Below, piece by piece: positions 1 through 11,496 of a stretch of 58,362 nt of DNA. The position numbers were made by a program, and so were the translations under genes. Positions within the stretch are counted from its first letter, which is position 1. Each line of letters begins with the position of its first letter. This DNA is from Methylocystaceae bacterium (GTDB lineage: Bacteria > Pseudomonadota > Alphaproteobacteria > Rhizobiales > Beijerinckiaceae). The notes under the pieces were generated by a model. It ran no database searches. It saw only the letters and a program-made list of their open reading frames with translations, and was not told the origin of the DNA. The DNA lies in NCBI GenBank assembly GCA_003134075.1, contig PLAI01000141.1, positions 30,352 through 88,713 of the forward strand. Direction: 5' to 3'.

Positions 1-247
1 TCGCGCGGGCGCGGGAAACTGGTGAAGCCATTTGCTCTCGTCCTTGCTTCGCGCCGGCCGGACATATCGGGGTCTCGGCGCGGGAGTGAAGCTAAGATGA
101 GCGATTATGCTTAATGGCCGCTTAACATGCTTTCCATGAAGTTTACAACGCGACGAAAACCGCGCCACGCGTTCCAAAACGGCACGAAAACCCCGAGCGC
201 GGCCGCGCCGGCGAGGCCGACGCGAGACGCTTGGGATTTGCTTTGCG

Positions 248-784
248 TCAATGCATGAGCGTCGCGAAAATATAGTCGATCACGATCGCGATGGTCGCGG
301 CGAAGGCGAAGGCGGGTATGGTCCTCAAGCCCGCGTGCCGGAAGATGAAGGCGAAGGAGAACACCAGCCACAGGACGATCGGAAACAGCAGGAAGTTCAC
401 CAGCCTTTGGGTCGGCAAGGGCGGCGGCAGCGCGACCGCGAAAACGAAGTGCAGAATGATCGAGACGAGAGCGATGAAGGCGCCGACCCCGGCGAGAGCG
501 GTGATCGTCTGGATGGTCTTCTCGCGTTGCTTGTAGAGCTGGAGCACGCCCGCCGTCCCGGCGCCCACCACGGCGGCGCTGGAAACGCCGAAAAGCAGAG
601 CCGGCATGGGCTCGTGATCGAGCAAATGGACGGCCGCCTGCCCAAGGGCGTAAGCTGCAAGACAGCCGCCCATCAGCTTCGTGCTGATCGGCAACAGGCC
701 CTGTCCGGATTCAAGCGCGACGATGTCGTAAAAAACCTTGATTGTCGAAGCCTCCCAGGAGGCTTTTAGGCGGTCGAAGGCCAT
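248..784 (-). CDS. Hypothetical integral membrane protein (~178 aa)
   Basis: ORF 248..835 with several hydrophobic segments; ATG at 784 (MAFDRLK) preferred because the upstream extension is low-complexity and Arg-rich. Confidence 0.55.
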   Translation of the reverse strand: MAFDRLKASWEASTIKVFYDIVALESGQGLLPISTKLMGGCLAAYALGQAAVHLLDHEPMPALLFGVSSAAVVGAGTAGVLQLYKQREKTIQTITALAGVGAFIALVSIILHFVFAVALPPPLPTQRLVNFLLFPIVLWLVFSFAFIFRHAGLRTIPAFAFAATIAIVIDYIFATLMH

Positions 785-985
785 GGTGCTCGCTCGATTG
801 TTTGCGCGCGCTTTGCTTCCTCGACGCGCGGGCACGCCGACGAAGCGAAGCGCTGGTTACAGAAAGGCCATTTCCTCGCGCTCGCGAGGAACCCGCCGCG
901 ACATGGCCGATTGGCGCCTCCATATCACGCTTTTTCGCCGCGCGGAAAGCGGGCTGATAAAAGCGCCGCGCCACGCCGGCCCCGG

Positions 986-2416
986 TTATGGCAAACGCGC
1001 GCTCCACTCCTCGCGGGCGATCACTTCGACAATGCGCCGGGCCGCTTGGGCCCAAGTCGTGCGCGAGACCCGCGCGGGGTCGGCCCCGATCTTCCCGGCG
1101 AGGAAATCCCTTACGCAATCCGCCAGCGCGCGCGGGTCGTTGACGCGAAAATAAATCGCGCCGGCGCCGCCGACTTCGCGGAAAACCGGAATATCGCTGC
1201 ACAGAACCGCGCGGCCGCGCCACGCCGCCTCCACGATGGGCAGGCCAAACCCTTCCGCGAAGGAGGGGACGACGAGCGCGCGGGAATGCTCATAAAGAAA
1301 GGCCAGTTCGTCGTCCCCGACATCGTCGAACCAGAACAGCCGGCGCCCGAGTTCCGTATGATTCGCGATCTCCGCGACAACAGCCTCGTCGAGCCAGCCG
1401 CGCCTTCCGACGAAAAGCACCCTCGCGTCGACGCCCTCGCGCCAAAGACCGTCGAACGCCCGCAGCGCCACGCGCTGGCCTTTTCGTGGCTCGATGGTCG
1501 AAACGCACAGGAACAGCGGCGACAGGCCGACCGCGGCGTCGCGGATTTTCGCGCGCGGCTCTCGCGTCCCGGTGGGCGCAATATCGCAGCCGCAATGAAA
1601 CCAGCCGATCTTGAGGCCGCTCCGGTGGGGCAGCGCGCGGCTCTCGACAAAGGCGGCGAGTTCTTCCGCGACCGTGCGCGATATCGCGAGAAAGCCGTCG
1701 CTCTCGATCAGCGCCTTGCGCAGCCACGCGTCGTACAGCGGCACGGTGACGTCGTGGCAGGCGTGTGGATGCAACTCCGGGATTAGATCGAAGACGCAGG
1801 AAATGATTTCGCCGCCCTGTTCGCGGATGCGGGCGAACAAAGGCGCGAGTTCGTCGAAGGCGTTCCAGCTGTCGGACAGCATCAAGAAGCGGTCGCCTGG
1901 ACGGGGCTGGATTTGTTCGTCGGGTCCGCGCGAAGGCGCGCCGGTGAGCGTCGCGGCGTATTCATGCGCGCTGTAGAGGCGGCCGTCCACGCCGCGCACC
2001 GCCAGCGTCGGAATCTCATAGCTCTCACCGCCGTAAAGCGCTTGAACGACCTTTTTGACGACGCGCTGAATGCCGGTGCCGGCGTCGCGCTTGATCACGC
2101 CGGTCACGTCGACCAGCAGGCGCGCCGGCGGGACGCTCGCCTTGGATGGGGCCGCAGCGGTCGACGAAACGGCGGCCGCGACAGGCGGGGGCGGCGCCGG
2201 CGGGACAAAGCGCCGCCAGGCGGCGGTCACGGCGTCGACCAGCCGCGCCTCGATCCGCCGCAACGGCTTGAACACATGCCACGCGGCCGAATAGATGTTC
2301 TTGTCGCGCTCGCGGACCAGTTGCGACAATTCCGCGCGCAAGTAATCGAGCTGATATTCGAGCAGCCTGATCCGCTCGTCCTTCGTTTCGTCCCGCTCCG
2401 GCGCTTTCTCGGTCAT
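986..2416 (-). CDS. Glycosyltransferase family 4 (GT-B) with N-terminal coiled coil
   Basis: C-terminal part of the 821-aa ORF; start MTEKAP overlaps the rmd stop (ATGA); motifs VSTIEPRKG and EGFGLPIVEA. Confidence 0.85.
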   Translation of the reverse strand: MTEKAPERDETKDERIRLLEYQLDYLRAELSQLVRERDKNIYSAAWHVFKPLRRIEARLVDAVTAAWRRFVPPAPPPPVAAAVSSTAAAPSKASVPPARLLVDVTGVIKRDAGTGIQRVVKKVVQALYGGESYEIPTLAVRGVDGRLYSAHEYAATLTGAPSRGPDEQIQPRPGDRFLMLSDSWNAFDELAPLFARIREQGGEIISCVFDLIPELHPHACHDVTVPLYDAWLRKALIESDGFLAISRTVAEELAAFVESRALPHRSGLKIGWFHCGCDIAPTGTREPRAKIRDAAVGLSPLFLCVSTIEPRKGQRVALRAFDGLWREGVDARVLFVGRRGWLDEAVVAEIANHTELGRRLFWFDDVGDDELAFLYEHSRALVVPSFAEGFGLPIVEAAWRGRAVLCSDIPVFREVGGAGAIYFRVNDPRALADCVRDFLAGKIGADPARVSRTTWAQAARRIVEVIAREEWSARLP

Positions 2417-3396
2417 CGGCGGGCGCTCTCGAGCCCGCGCCAATAATCGAGCAGCGATTGCAGCATGTCGTCGATCGTATGCCTCTGGCGCCAACCGGTG
2501 GTTTCGCGCAGCTTCGTCGCGTCGCAGGCGATGGTGGGGATGTCGACCGCCGAGGGGCGCAGCAGCGCGGGGTCGACTTGCGTTTCGAACGGTCTTGCCG
2601 CGCGCGCGCGCAAGCGATCCAGCAGGTCGCCGATAGTGTGCGGCTGGCCGGAGGCGATGTTGAAGACGCTCACGCGATCCGGCAGTTCGGGCGCCTTCGC
2701 GATCAGGGCCCGATAGGCCGCGACGACATCGCGCACATCGAGGAAATCGCGGGCTTTCGAAAGGTCGCCGACCCGCAGTTCCGGTTCCTTGCGCCCGGCT
2801 TCGATCGCGGCGATCTGCGCGGCGAAGGAGGACAGCACAAAGCTCTTTTCGCTCTGGCGCGGCCCGGAATGATTGACGGGACGCGCGATCACGAGGCGCG
2901 ATCGCGGCCCCAGCACATCCGCCAGCGCTCCCTCGGCCGCGATTTTCGATCGCCCATAGGCGTCGAGCGGTCGCGGCGGCGCGTCTTCGGCGGCCATGCC
3001 GTCGTTGAGGCTTGCGCCATAGACCGAAACGCTGGAGGCGAACAGCGCCAAAGTCTCGGGGGCGTGACGGGCGAGCGCGCTCGCCAGATTGAAGCTGCCG
3101 AAAAAATTCGCGCGCCAGGTTTGTTCGGCGGCGTCCAGCGCCCTGCCGATCGACGCCTGTCCGGCGAGATGCACCACGAGATCGGGGCGCAGCGACGCGA
3201 CGATTTCGTCGATCGCCTCGGCGTCGAGCAGGTCGCCGGCGACCGGCGTCCAGCCCGCATCCACGGGAGCGGGCGAGTCGTTCAGCGTAAGCAGCGCGCG
3301 CCGCGCTCGCGGATAATCCGCCGCCAACAGCGGAGCGAGATAGGAGCCGACGAAGCCCGCGCCACCCGTCAATAAGATACGCTCGAAAACCGCCAT
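2413..3396 (-). CDS. rmd: Extended SDR epimerase/reductase, probable GDP-6-deoxy-D-lyxo-4-hexulose reductase (GDP-D-rhamnose synthesis)
   Basis: TGGAGFVG NAD motif, YGRSK catalytic motif, RDFLDVRDV; directly downstream of gmd. Confidence 0.75.
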   Translation of the reverse strand: MAVFERILLTGGAGFVGSYLAPLLAADYPRARRALLTLNDSPAPVDAGWTPVAGDLLDAEAIDEIVASLRPDLVVHLAGQASIGRALDAAEQTWRANFFGSFNLASALARHAPETLALFASSVSVYGASLNDGMAAEDAPPRPLDAYGRSKIAAEGALADVLGPRSRLVIARPVNHSGPRQSEKSFVLSSFAAQIAAIEAGRKEPELRVGDLSKARDFLDVRDVVAAYRALIAKAPELPDRVSVFNIASGQPHTIGDLLDRLRARAARPFETQVDPALLRPSAVDIPTIACDATKLRETTGWRQRHTIDDMLQSLLDYWRGLESARR

Positions 3397-3475
3397 TCAG
3401 ACTCCCGCGGCGAGGTTTCGCCAGCCCTATCCCATCGCAACGGTCTATCAATTTTCGCGAAGACTTGCTCTAGCG

Positions 3476-4474
<999 letters not shown>

Positions 4475-4768
4475 TTATGTCGGCCAACACGCTTCAACCG
4501 GCGTTCCGATGCGAAAGCTTAGCGTAGGTCTGGAGGCGATAGGCCGCGCCCCGGCTGATGTCGGTCAAGAGCCGGATTTCGACCTGGAACCGATCGCGCG
4601 TCCCCTTGGAGCGCAATGATCTTTGGCGGGCGAACCTTTTGCTTTATCGGGACATACAAAAACGCCGGTTTCCTGGCAAGTGAGACCCGGGTCTTTAGGC
4701 CCGCGGCGCGAAAATGCGCCAGAGCGCCAAAGCGGCGATCCGGCGGGAATATATGACGCGGGGCCGGT

Positions 4769-5107
4769 TCAGGGCGCGTTGGGCGGCACGACGCCGCCGG
4801 GGGTCGCCTTGTCGATCGCCGTCGGGAGGTGCTGGGCCAGATATTCGGCCGCCTTGTCGACGGGAATGCCGGTCGAGGCGGCGAGTTCCTTGAGCTTTTC
4901 GGAGCCGAGCGCCTTCTTGATGTCCTCGGCGCTGATCGGTAGATTGCCGCCGTCGCCAATCCAGGATTTGACCTGCGCGCCGTAGCCGGTCTTCTCGAGT
5001 TCGGCGATGACGCCGTCGATGCCGCCGTGCTTCTCGACGTAGCCCTTCACCAGTGACAAAGCCTCGGCGCCGATCACGCCTCCCAAAATACCATCAAGCA
5101 ATCCCAT
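4769..5107 (-). CDS. YidB/DUF937-family protein
   Basis: MGLLDGILGG start with AAGGAG RBS; VKSWIGDGGNLPIS and LAQHLPTAIDKATPGG motifs. Confidence 0.8.
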   Translation of the reverse strand: MGLLDGILGGVIGAEALSLVKGYVEKHGGIDGVIAELEKTGYGAQVKSWIGDGGNLPISAEDIKKALGSEKLKELAASTGIPVDKAAEYLAQHLPTAIDKATPGGVVPPNAP

Positions 5108-5227
5108 GTCATTCTCCTTATGTAACAAGCAGCGCGTCTCGGCGCGGCCGCGGTCAGTTAAGCAGCTTGCCGCGAAGGATCAATGGCGCCGCCCTCGCGT
5201 CCGCGACGAATAAACTCGCGGCGACCG

Positions 5228-6208
5228 CTACTGGTTGCAGCCATGCTGTTCGATCAACGGGTTGCCGGACTTCGCGCACCAGCGCAAAATATCGCTCCAG
5301 ATTTCTTCGGCTGTTTCGGCGTACCAGAGAAGCTCGCGGTCCTCGGGGTCGATGACGCCCTCGGAAACGAGAAAATCAATATCGAAAGCCCGTCGCCAAT
5401 AGCGCTCGCCGACCAGAATGATCGGCATCGGCGCGATCTTGCGCGTTTGCGCAAGCGTCAATGTCTCGAACAGCTCGTCCATGGTTCCAAAGCCGCCGGG
5501 GAAGGCGACCAATGCGCGGGCGCGCAGCAAGAAGTGCATTTTGCGCAAGGCGAAGTAATGGAAACGCAGACACAGGTCGGGGGTCACATATGGGTTCGGG
5601 AATTGTTCATGCGGCAAGGTGATGTTCAGGCCGACGCTCATGGCGCCCGCGTCGAGCGCGCCGCGATTGGCGGCCTCCATGATGCCGGGTCCGCCGCCGG
5701 TGATGATCGCCAGCCGGCCGCCGTTCGCCATGGGCGGGGCGGCGCCGACCAGCGCGCCGAACTCCCGCGCGATGTCATAATATACTGATTTATCCGAAAT
5801 TCGTTGGCTGATTGCCGCTTCTTGGGCCAGCGCCGCGTCATCGGGCCGCGCGGCCAGGGCGCATTGCGCCGCCAGCAGCCGCGCCGCCGCCGCCGAGGGT
5901 TCGACGAGGCGCGTGGAGCCGAACACCACGATCGTGTCGGTGACGCCATGACTCCGCAACTGTAGCTCGGCCTTGAGATAATCCAGTTCGAGTCGCGGGC
6001 CGCGGGCGTCTCCGCTGGCGAGGAAATCGATATCCGCGCCGGCTTCGCGATAGGCCGGGCTGTCGAGCAGCGCGCGGACCCGGGCGACGGCCGACGGGTC
6101 CTCGGCCTCCGGTTTGGGCCGGCACCCCGGCAGTGGCTCCCGCCGCTGGACAGGGTGCGGCGGCGAAGGAATGCGTCTTTCCCCGCCATGCTCCTTTTTC
6201 TCTTCCAT
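5228..6208 (-). CDS. LOG-family (TIGR00730-like Rossmann fold) nucleotide phosphoribohydrolase
   Basis: [32 protein letters not shown] motifs; GGAGG RBS before ATG 6208. Confidence 0.8.
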   Translation of the reverse strand: MEEKKEHGGERRIPSPPHPVQRREPLPGCRPKPEAEDPSAVARVRALLDSPAYREAGADIDFLASGDARGPRLELDYLKAELQLRSHGVTDTIVVFGSTRLVEPSAAAARLLAAQCALAARPDDAALAQEAAISQRISDKSVYYDIAREFGALVGAAPPMANGGRLAIITGGGPGIMEAANRGALDAGAMSVGLNITLPHEQFPNPYVTPDLCLRFHYFALRKMHFLLRARALVAFPGGFGTMDELFETLTLAQTRKIAPMPIILVGERYWRRAFDIDFLVSEGVIDPEDRELLWYAETAEEIWSDILRWCAKSGNPLIEQHGCNQ

Positions 6209-6327
6209 GGTCTTTGCTCCCTCCGCCCGACGCCTTCCTTTATTTCCATTGCGGGCCGGCGTATATGGGCCGCGATGGCCCGGCGGGCGGGCGGCAAGGA
6301 CGAGATAGGGACGACGGGGCGGTTTCA

Positions 6328-7074
6328 ATGGCGGGACATAGTCAGTTCAAGAACATTATGCACAAGAAGGGCAAGCAGGACGCGATCCGCTCCAAGCTCT
6401 TCGGGAAATTCGCCCGTGAAATCACCGTCGCGGCCAAAATGGGCTTGCCCGATCCCAATATGAACGCGCGTCTGCGCGCCGCCGTGCTGGCCGCCCGCGC
6501 CGAAAACATGCCCAAGGACAATATCGAGCGCGCGATCAAGAAAGCCTCGGGCGCCGACGCCGAGAACTACGACGAGGTGCGTTACGAAGGCTACGCGCCG
6601 GGCGGCGTCGCGATCATCATCGAGGCCCTGACCGACAATCGCAACCGCACGGCGGGCGAGGTGCGCTCCTATTTCACCAAGGCCGGCGGCGCCCTCGCGG
6701 AAACCGGGGCGGTGTCCTTCATGTTCGATCGGGTTGGGCTCGTGGAGTTCGATCGCAAGGTCGCCTCCGAAGACGCTGTCATGGAGGCGGCGCTGGAGGC
6801 TGGCGCGGACGACGTATCCTCCAACGAGGACTCGCACGAGGTCATCACATCGCTCGAAGGTCTGCGCGACGTGGCCAAGGCGTTGGAGGCGAAATTCGGC
6901 GACTCGAAGAAAGCCGCGCTGATCTGGCGTCCGCAAAACATGATCGCGGTCGACGACGAGGCCGGCGAGAAAATCCTGAAGTTGATCGGATCGCTCGAGG
7001 ACAATGACGACGTGCAGAACGTCTATGTCAACGCCGAGTTTTCGGACGCGCTGGTCGCGAAAATGTCAGGCTAG
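6328..7074 (+). CDS. yebC: YebC/PmpR-family protein
   Basis: [18 protein letters not shown] start, [34 protein letters not shown]. Confidence 0.95.
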   Translation: MAGHSQFKNIMHKKGKQDAIRSKLFGKFAREITVAAKMGLPDPNMNARLRAAVLAARAENMPKDNIERAIKKASGADAENYDEVRYEGYAPGGVAIIIEALTDNRNRTAGEVRSYFTKAGGALAETGAVSFMFDRVGLVEFDRKVASEDAVMEAALEAGADDVSSNEDSHEVITSLEGLRDVAKALEAKFGDSKKAALIWRPQNMIAVDDEAGEKILKLIGSLEDNDDVQNVYVNAEFSDALVAKMSG

Positions 7075-7113
7075 TTCGATTGGCGCGAGCGCGTTTTCAT
7101 GCCCGCGTAATGT

Positions 7114-7197
7114 TCACAAGGCGCCGAGGACCACGGCGCCCGCGAATACGAAAGCCGCCGCCACCGCGCAGAGATCGAGCGTCAAACTGTTGATCAT
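7114..7197 (-). CDS. Putative 27-aa hydrophobic small protein (MINSLTLDLCAVAAAFVFAGAVVLGAL)
   Basis: Below the ORF-track cutoff; ATG at 7197 preceded by GGGGAG RBS, TGA at 7114-7116; one TM-like helix. Confidence 0.45.
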   Translation of the reverse strand: MINSLTLDLCAVAAAFVFAGAVVLGAL

Positions 7198-7351
7198 TCT
7201 CAACTCCCCTTGTTTTCATGCGCGTCGCCGCTTCGCGACAGGGTAGTTAAAGCAATACTAATGCCGCGCGTCGCGAGTCCGCCCCGTTTTGAAACGCCGG
7301 CGAATTTGCCAGCGGCGGAGCGAGTTGTTTCTTGAAAGGCGAGGCCATCGC

Positions 7352-8284
7352 ATGAATGTCGCGGACCGCGTGGACGATTTTATCCCTCGGCTCGAAAGCG
7401 CCGCAGGGGCGACCGAGACCGCGCTCGACGCGCTGCTGGCGCCGGCGGGGCTCGAAGGCGAGATATCGCGGCCCGCCCGCCTGCTGGAGGCCATGCGCTA
7501 TGCGACGCTGGGCGGCGGCAAGAGGCTGCGGCCCTTTCTGGTCATCGAAGCGGCCCGGCTTTTCGGCGTGACGGGCGACGGCCCGCTTCGAACGGCTTGC
7601 GCGCTGGAGATGATCCATTGCTACTCGCTCGTCCACGACGATCTGCCGGCGATGGACGACGACGATCTGCGGCGAGGACGGCCGACCGCGCATAAGGCTT
7701 TTGACGAAGCCACCGCCATTCTGGCCGGCGACGGACTGCTGACTTACGCCTTCGACGTGCTCGCCGATCCCGCGACGCATGCCGATCCGGCGGTTCGCGC
7801 GGCCCTGGTGCTGGCGCTGGCCCGCGCCGCCGGACTTGGCGGGATGGTTGGCGGGCAAGCGCTGGATCTCGCCGCCGAAACCGCCGGCCGACCCCTGACG
7901 CAGGACGAAATCCTCACCCTTCAGGCGATGAAGACCGGCGCGCTGCTGCGCTTCGCCGTCGACGCCGGCGCCATTTTGGGGAAAGCCGACGCCGCGAAGG
8001 CGCGGGCGCTGTCGCGCTATGGCTCCGCGCTCGGCGCGGCATTTCAGGTCGCCGACGATATACTCGACGCGGCCGGCGACACGGCGGCGCTCGGCAAACG
8101 CGCCGGCAAGGACGCCGAACGCGGCAAGGCGACGCTGGTCGGACTGCTGGGGCTGGACGCCGCCCGCGCCCGCCGCGATTCGCTGGTCGAAGAGGCGATT
8201 GCCGCGCTCGACGAGACGGGATTAGGGGCGGCGACCGGGACGCTGAAGGAGGCGGCGCGCTTCGTCGCCTGGCGCAACAACTGA
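7352..8284 (+). CDS. ispA: Polyprenyl (farnesyl) diphosphate synthase
   Basis: GGKRLRP, HDDLPAMDDDDLRRG (FARM), FQVADDILD (SARM), GKD. Confidence 0.9.
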   Translation: MNVADRVDDFIPRLESAAGATETALDALLAPAGLEGEISRPARLLEAMRYATLGGGKRLRPFLVIEAARLFGVTGDGPLRTACALEMIHCYSLVHDDLPAMDDDDLRRGRPTAHKAFDEATAILAGDGLLTYAFDVLADPATHADPAVRAALVLALARAAGLGGMVGGQALDLAAETAGRPLTQDEILTLQAMKTGALLRFAVDAGAILGKADAAKARALSRYGSALGAAFQVADDILDAAGDTAALGKRAGKDAERGKATLVGLLGLDAARARRDSLVEEAIAALDETGLGAATGTLKEAARFVAWRNN

Positions 8285-8295
8285 TCGGACAGGCC

Positions 8296-9012
8296 ATGAC
8301 GGACCAGCCGCTCCACGACCGGCGCGAAAGAAAATCGGCGCTGCTGAAGCCGTTTCGCGTCATCAGGGCGCGGCCGCGCCTGCTCGTTTGCGCGCTGCTT
8401 GGCCTCGCGATTGGCCTCGCCTTGCCGGAGCATATGCGCGCCGCGACGCGCGCGCTTATCGCCTGGAATGTCGCGGTCCTTTCATATCTTTTCGCCGCGG
8501 CGCATCTCGTCGCCCAGTCGGATCACGAGAGCGTGCGCCGCCACGCGCGGTTTCAGGACGAGGGGCGCCTCGTCATCCTGCTGCTGGCGATCGGCACGGC
8601 CTGCGCCTCGATCGGCGCGATCGTTTTGGAGCTTGGCCCGGTCAAGAACATGGAGGGTTGGTCGAAGGCATTGCATCTCGGGCTGACGGTTTTGACCGTG
8701 GTCGACAGCTGGATGTTTATGCACCTGACCTTCGCCTTTCATTACGCGCATGAATATTACGACGAATGCGAGGCCTGTCCCGACAAGAAGCCGGAGGAAC
8801 GCGGCGGCCTGATCTTTCCCGGCGGCGAGCAGCCGAGCTATGTCGATTTCCTCTATTACGCCTATGTGATCGGGTTGGCGTCGCAGACCGCCGATGTCTC
8901 CACCACCTCGCGCGGCATGCGTATCCTCACGGCGGTGCAAGGCACGCTGTCGTTTTTCTATAATCTGGCGATCATGGGGCTGACCGTGAACATAACGAGC
9001 GGGTTTATTTAG
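8296..9012 (+). CDS. DUF1345-family membrane protein
   Basis: FAFHYAHEYY, GLIFPGGEQPSYVDFLYYAYVIG, QTADV, SFFYN motifs. Confidence 0.8.
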   Translation: MTDQPLHDRRERKSALLKPFRVIRARPRLLVCALLGLAIGLALPEHMRAATRALIAWNVAVLSYLFAAAHLVAQSDHESVRRHARFQDEGRLVILLLAIGTACASIGAIVLELGPVKNMEGWSKALHLGLTVLTVVDSWMFMHLTFAFHYAHEYYDECEACPDKKPEERGGLIFPGGEQPSYVDFLYYAYVIGLASQTADVSTTSRGMRILTAVQGTLSFFYNLAIMGLTVNITSGFI

Positions 9013-9034
9013 TCAGGCCGATTCGAAAGGCCGT

Positions 9035-10483
9035 CTAGCCCCCGATCACCGTCGTGAACACCTGCCCGCCGCGTCCCACGGTGATCTTCCAGTAATAGGA
9101 CTTGGCGCTCGTGATCTGCTCGAGATCGCGCGTCGTGGCGACTTTCCTGTCGTTAATGGCGATAATCACGTCGCCTTTTTGCAGATTGAGCCGCTGCGCC
9201 ATTGAGCCGTCCTCGATCTCGGTCGCTACCACGCCGGTCGAAACGCCCTGGATGGAAAGTTCCTCGGCCACCGCCGGCGAGATGTTCTCGAAGGTCGCGC
9301 CGGCAAAGGGGTTCTGGCCCTTGAGTTTAACGGGATCGCGCTCCGGGATTTCCGGCGCGGCGACGAGCTTCATCGGCGCGACGATCTTCTTTCCGCCGCG
9401 CAAGACGCCAAGGCTCGCCACGCCGCCGAGCGGCTTTGTCGCGAGCCGGTAGCCGACCGCCTCGGGATCGTCCGCGATCTGGCCGTCGACCGAAACGATC
9501 ACGTCGCCCCGCTTGAGGCCGGCTTCCGCCGCCGGTCCCTTAGGGTCGAGATCGGCAAGCAACGCGCCGGTGGGACGCTCCAGCCCGAGACTCTCGGCGA
9601 TTTCCTGCGACAGTGTTTGCAGCGTCGCGCCGAGCCAGGGACGGCGAACCTGCTTGCCGCCGCTCTTGGCCGCCGCGACGACGATCTTGACCATATTGAC
9701 GGGAATCGCGAAGCCAATGCCGATCGATCCGCCGGATTTCGAGAAAATCGCTGAATTGACGCCGATCATGCGCCCGTTCATATCGACCAGCGGTCCGCCG
9801 GAATTTCCCGGATTAATGGCGGCGTCGGTTTGAATGAAAAAGCCGTAATCGGAAATGCCGACCTGCGTGCGGGCCAGCGCCGAAACGATTCCTTGCGTCA
9901 CCGTCTGCCCGACCGCGAAGGGATTGCCGATGGCGAGAACGAGATCGCCGACTTCGAGCGCATCCGAATCGCCCAGCTCCATTACTGGAAAATTGCCGCC
10001 CTCGGTCAGTTTCAGCACGGCGAGATCGGTGCGCGGATCGCGCAGCAGGACTTTGGCGGGAATCTCCCGCTTGTCGGCCAGCGACACCTTAACGTCGGTC
10101 ATGCCCTCGATGACATGATGATTGGTCACGACCAGGCCCGAGGCGTCGACGATGACGCCCGACCCCAGCGATTGCGCGATGTTGCGACCGGGCCGTCCGC
10201 CGCCCTCGCCAAAGAAGCGGCGAAAGATCGGATCGTCGAAAAACGGATTGGCGGGCGCGTGGTCGACGCGCGACGCGAAGACGTTGACGACGGCGGGCTG
10301 CGCCTTCTTCACCACCGGCGCGAAGGAGAGGAGGGCATCCGCGCGCGATTGCGGTATGACCCGTTCCTGTGGCGCGGGCGTCGTCTGCGCCAAGGCCATT
10401 TTTGTCGCGGCGCGCGGCAAGAAGATCGCGCCGATCAAGCAGATCGACGCGCCGACGATCACAAAACGCGGGAAGGGTCGCAT
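9035..10483 (-). CDS. degQ: DegP/DegQ (HtrA, Do family) periplasmic serine protease with two PDZ domains
   Basis: SLGSGVI, VTNHHV, TDLAVL, QTDAAINPGNSGGPL; signal peptide after ATG 10483. Confidence 0.88.
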   Translation of the reverse strand: MRPFPRFVIVGASICLIGAIFLPRAATKMALAQTTPAPQERVIPQSRADALLSFAPVVKKAQPAVVNVFASRVDHAPANPFFDDPIFRRFFGEGGGRPGRNIAQSLGSGVIVDASGLVVTNHHVIEGMTDVKVSLADKREIPAKVLLRDPRTDLAVLKLTEGGNFPVMELGDSDALEVGDLVLAIGNPFAVGQTVTQGIVSALARTQVGISDYGFFIQTDAAINPGNSGGPLVDMNGRMIGVNSAIFSKSGGSIGIGFAIPVNMVKIVVAAAKSGGKQVRRPWLGATLQTLSQEIAESLGLERPTGALLADLDPKGPAAEAGLKRGDVIVSVDGQIADDPEAVGYRLATKPLGGVASLGVLRGGKKIVAPMKLVAAPEIPERDPVKLKGQNPFAGATFENISPAVAEELSIQGVSTGVVATEIEDGSMAQRLNLQKGDVIIAINDRKVATTRDLEQITSAKSYYWKITVGRGGQVFTTVIGG

Positions 10484-10595
10484 CCGAGCTCCATGGCGAG
10501 GGCGTCGGATCGGTCCGGCCGCAGCGCGGCTCTGGCGTCCAGGCGCCGCGGGGTTTGGCCGGCGGGCGCCCGGGCGCGCGCCGCCGGCGACGGGA

Positions 10596-10985
10596 TTACT
10601 TGCTCGCGGGCGCGGCCTTGGGCTTGGTGTCGACGCGCTCGGCGATGCGCGCCGATTTGCCGCGGCGATCACGCAGATAATAGAGCTTGGCGCGGCGGAC
10701 CCTGCCGCGGCGGACCAGCTTGATCGAATCGATCAACGGCGCGTGGAGCGGGAACACGCGTTCCACGCCTTCGCCGTAGGAAATCTTGCGGACGGTGAAG
10801 CTTTCGTTGAGCCCACCGCCGTTGCGCGCGATAACGACGCCTTCATAGGCCTGAACGCGCGAGCGCTCGCCTTCCTTCACCTTCACATTGACGATAACCG
10901 TGTCGCCGGGGCGAAACTCCGGGATGACCTTGCCCTCAATGAGCTTGGCCGCCTGTTCGGCGTTGATTTCTTCGATGATATTCAC
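10596..10985 (-). CDS. rplS: 50S ribosomal protein L19
   Basis: [36 protein letters not shown]; GTG start with AGGAG RBS. Confidence 0.97.
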   Translation of the reverse strand: MNIIEEINAEQAAKLIEGKVIPEFRPGDTVIVNVKVKEGERSRVQAYEGVVIARNGGGLNESFTVRKISYGEGVERVFPLHAPLIDSIKLVRRGRVRRAKLYYLRDRRGKSARIAERVDTKPKAAPASK

Positions 10986-11202
10986 GTTAAACTCCTGCCG
11001 TTTCGTCTTGGTCCGCCATTTTTGGCGGATGACGAGCGTTTCGGGACGCTGTTTTAGTTGAGCCGGTCCCCTACACGAAGCGAAGCAAAATGTCGATAGG
11101 GCCACGCCATTACGAAAATTCGTCAGCGCGGCTGTTGCAAAGCAAATTCGTTTGCGTCATATAACGGCCCGCGCCCGGTTCGGTGGACCGGCGGAAACGG
11201 AT

Positions 11203-11277
11203 GCGGGTGTAGCTCAGGGGTAGAGCACAACCTTGCCAAGGTTGGGGTCGAGGGTTCGAATCCCTTCGCCCGCTCCA
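11203..11277 (+). tRNA. tRNA-Gly (anticodon GCC), CCA encoded
   Basis: GCGGGTG acceptor stem, AACCT-T-GCC-A-AGGTT anticodon arm, GGTTCGAATCC T-arm, ends CGCTCCA. Confidence 0.97.
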
Positions 11278-11496
11278 GATTTCCAGTAATGCGCGCGTTT
11301 CGCGCCCGGCGAAGCCTCTCGGGCGAATTGAGAGCGCTCGATCACGATGGCGGTCGTTGAAGCCGCTCGTGGCCAAGGCGGTTACGTCGAGCCTAATGCG
11401 ATGTTTGTCTGGATCACCGACAGGCGCGCGGCGCGGATCTTGGGGGATGCGGTGACGGCCCCGTAATCATCGCGGCCGCCGCGGGAAAGAGCCGAT

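Noticed and set aside
986-3451. 821-aa ORF suggesting a large fusion protein
   Set aside because: The N-terminal ~345 aa are Arg-rich and lie in another frame of rmd; the real glycosyltransferase starts at 2416, coupled to the rmd stop
4500-4760. Short ORFs or a structured RNA upstream of gmd
   Set aside because: No RBS-supported ORF with a recognisable motif and no identifiable RNA family
11110-11376. 88-aa ORF containing WSGRRDSNPRPQPWQ
   Set aside because: This is the antisense translation of the tRNA-Gly gene
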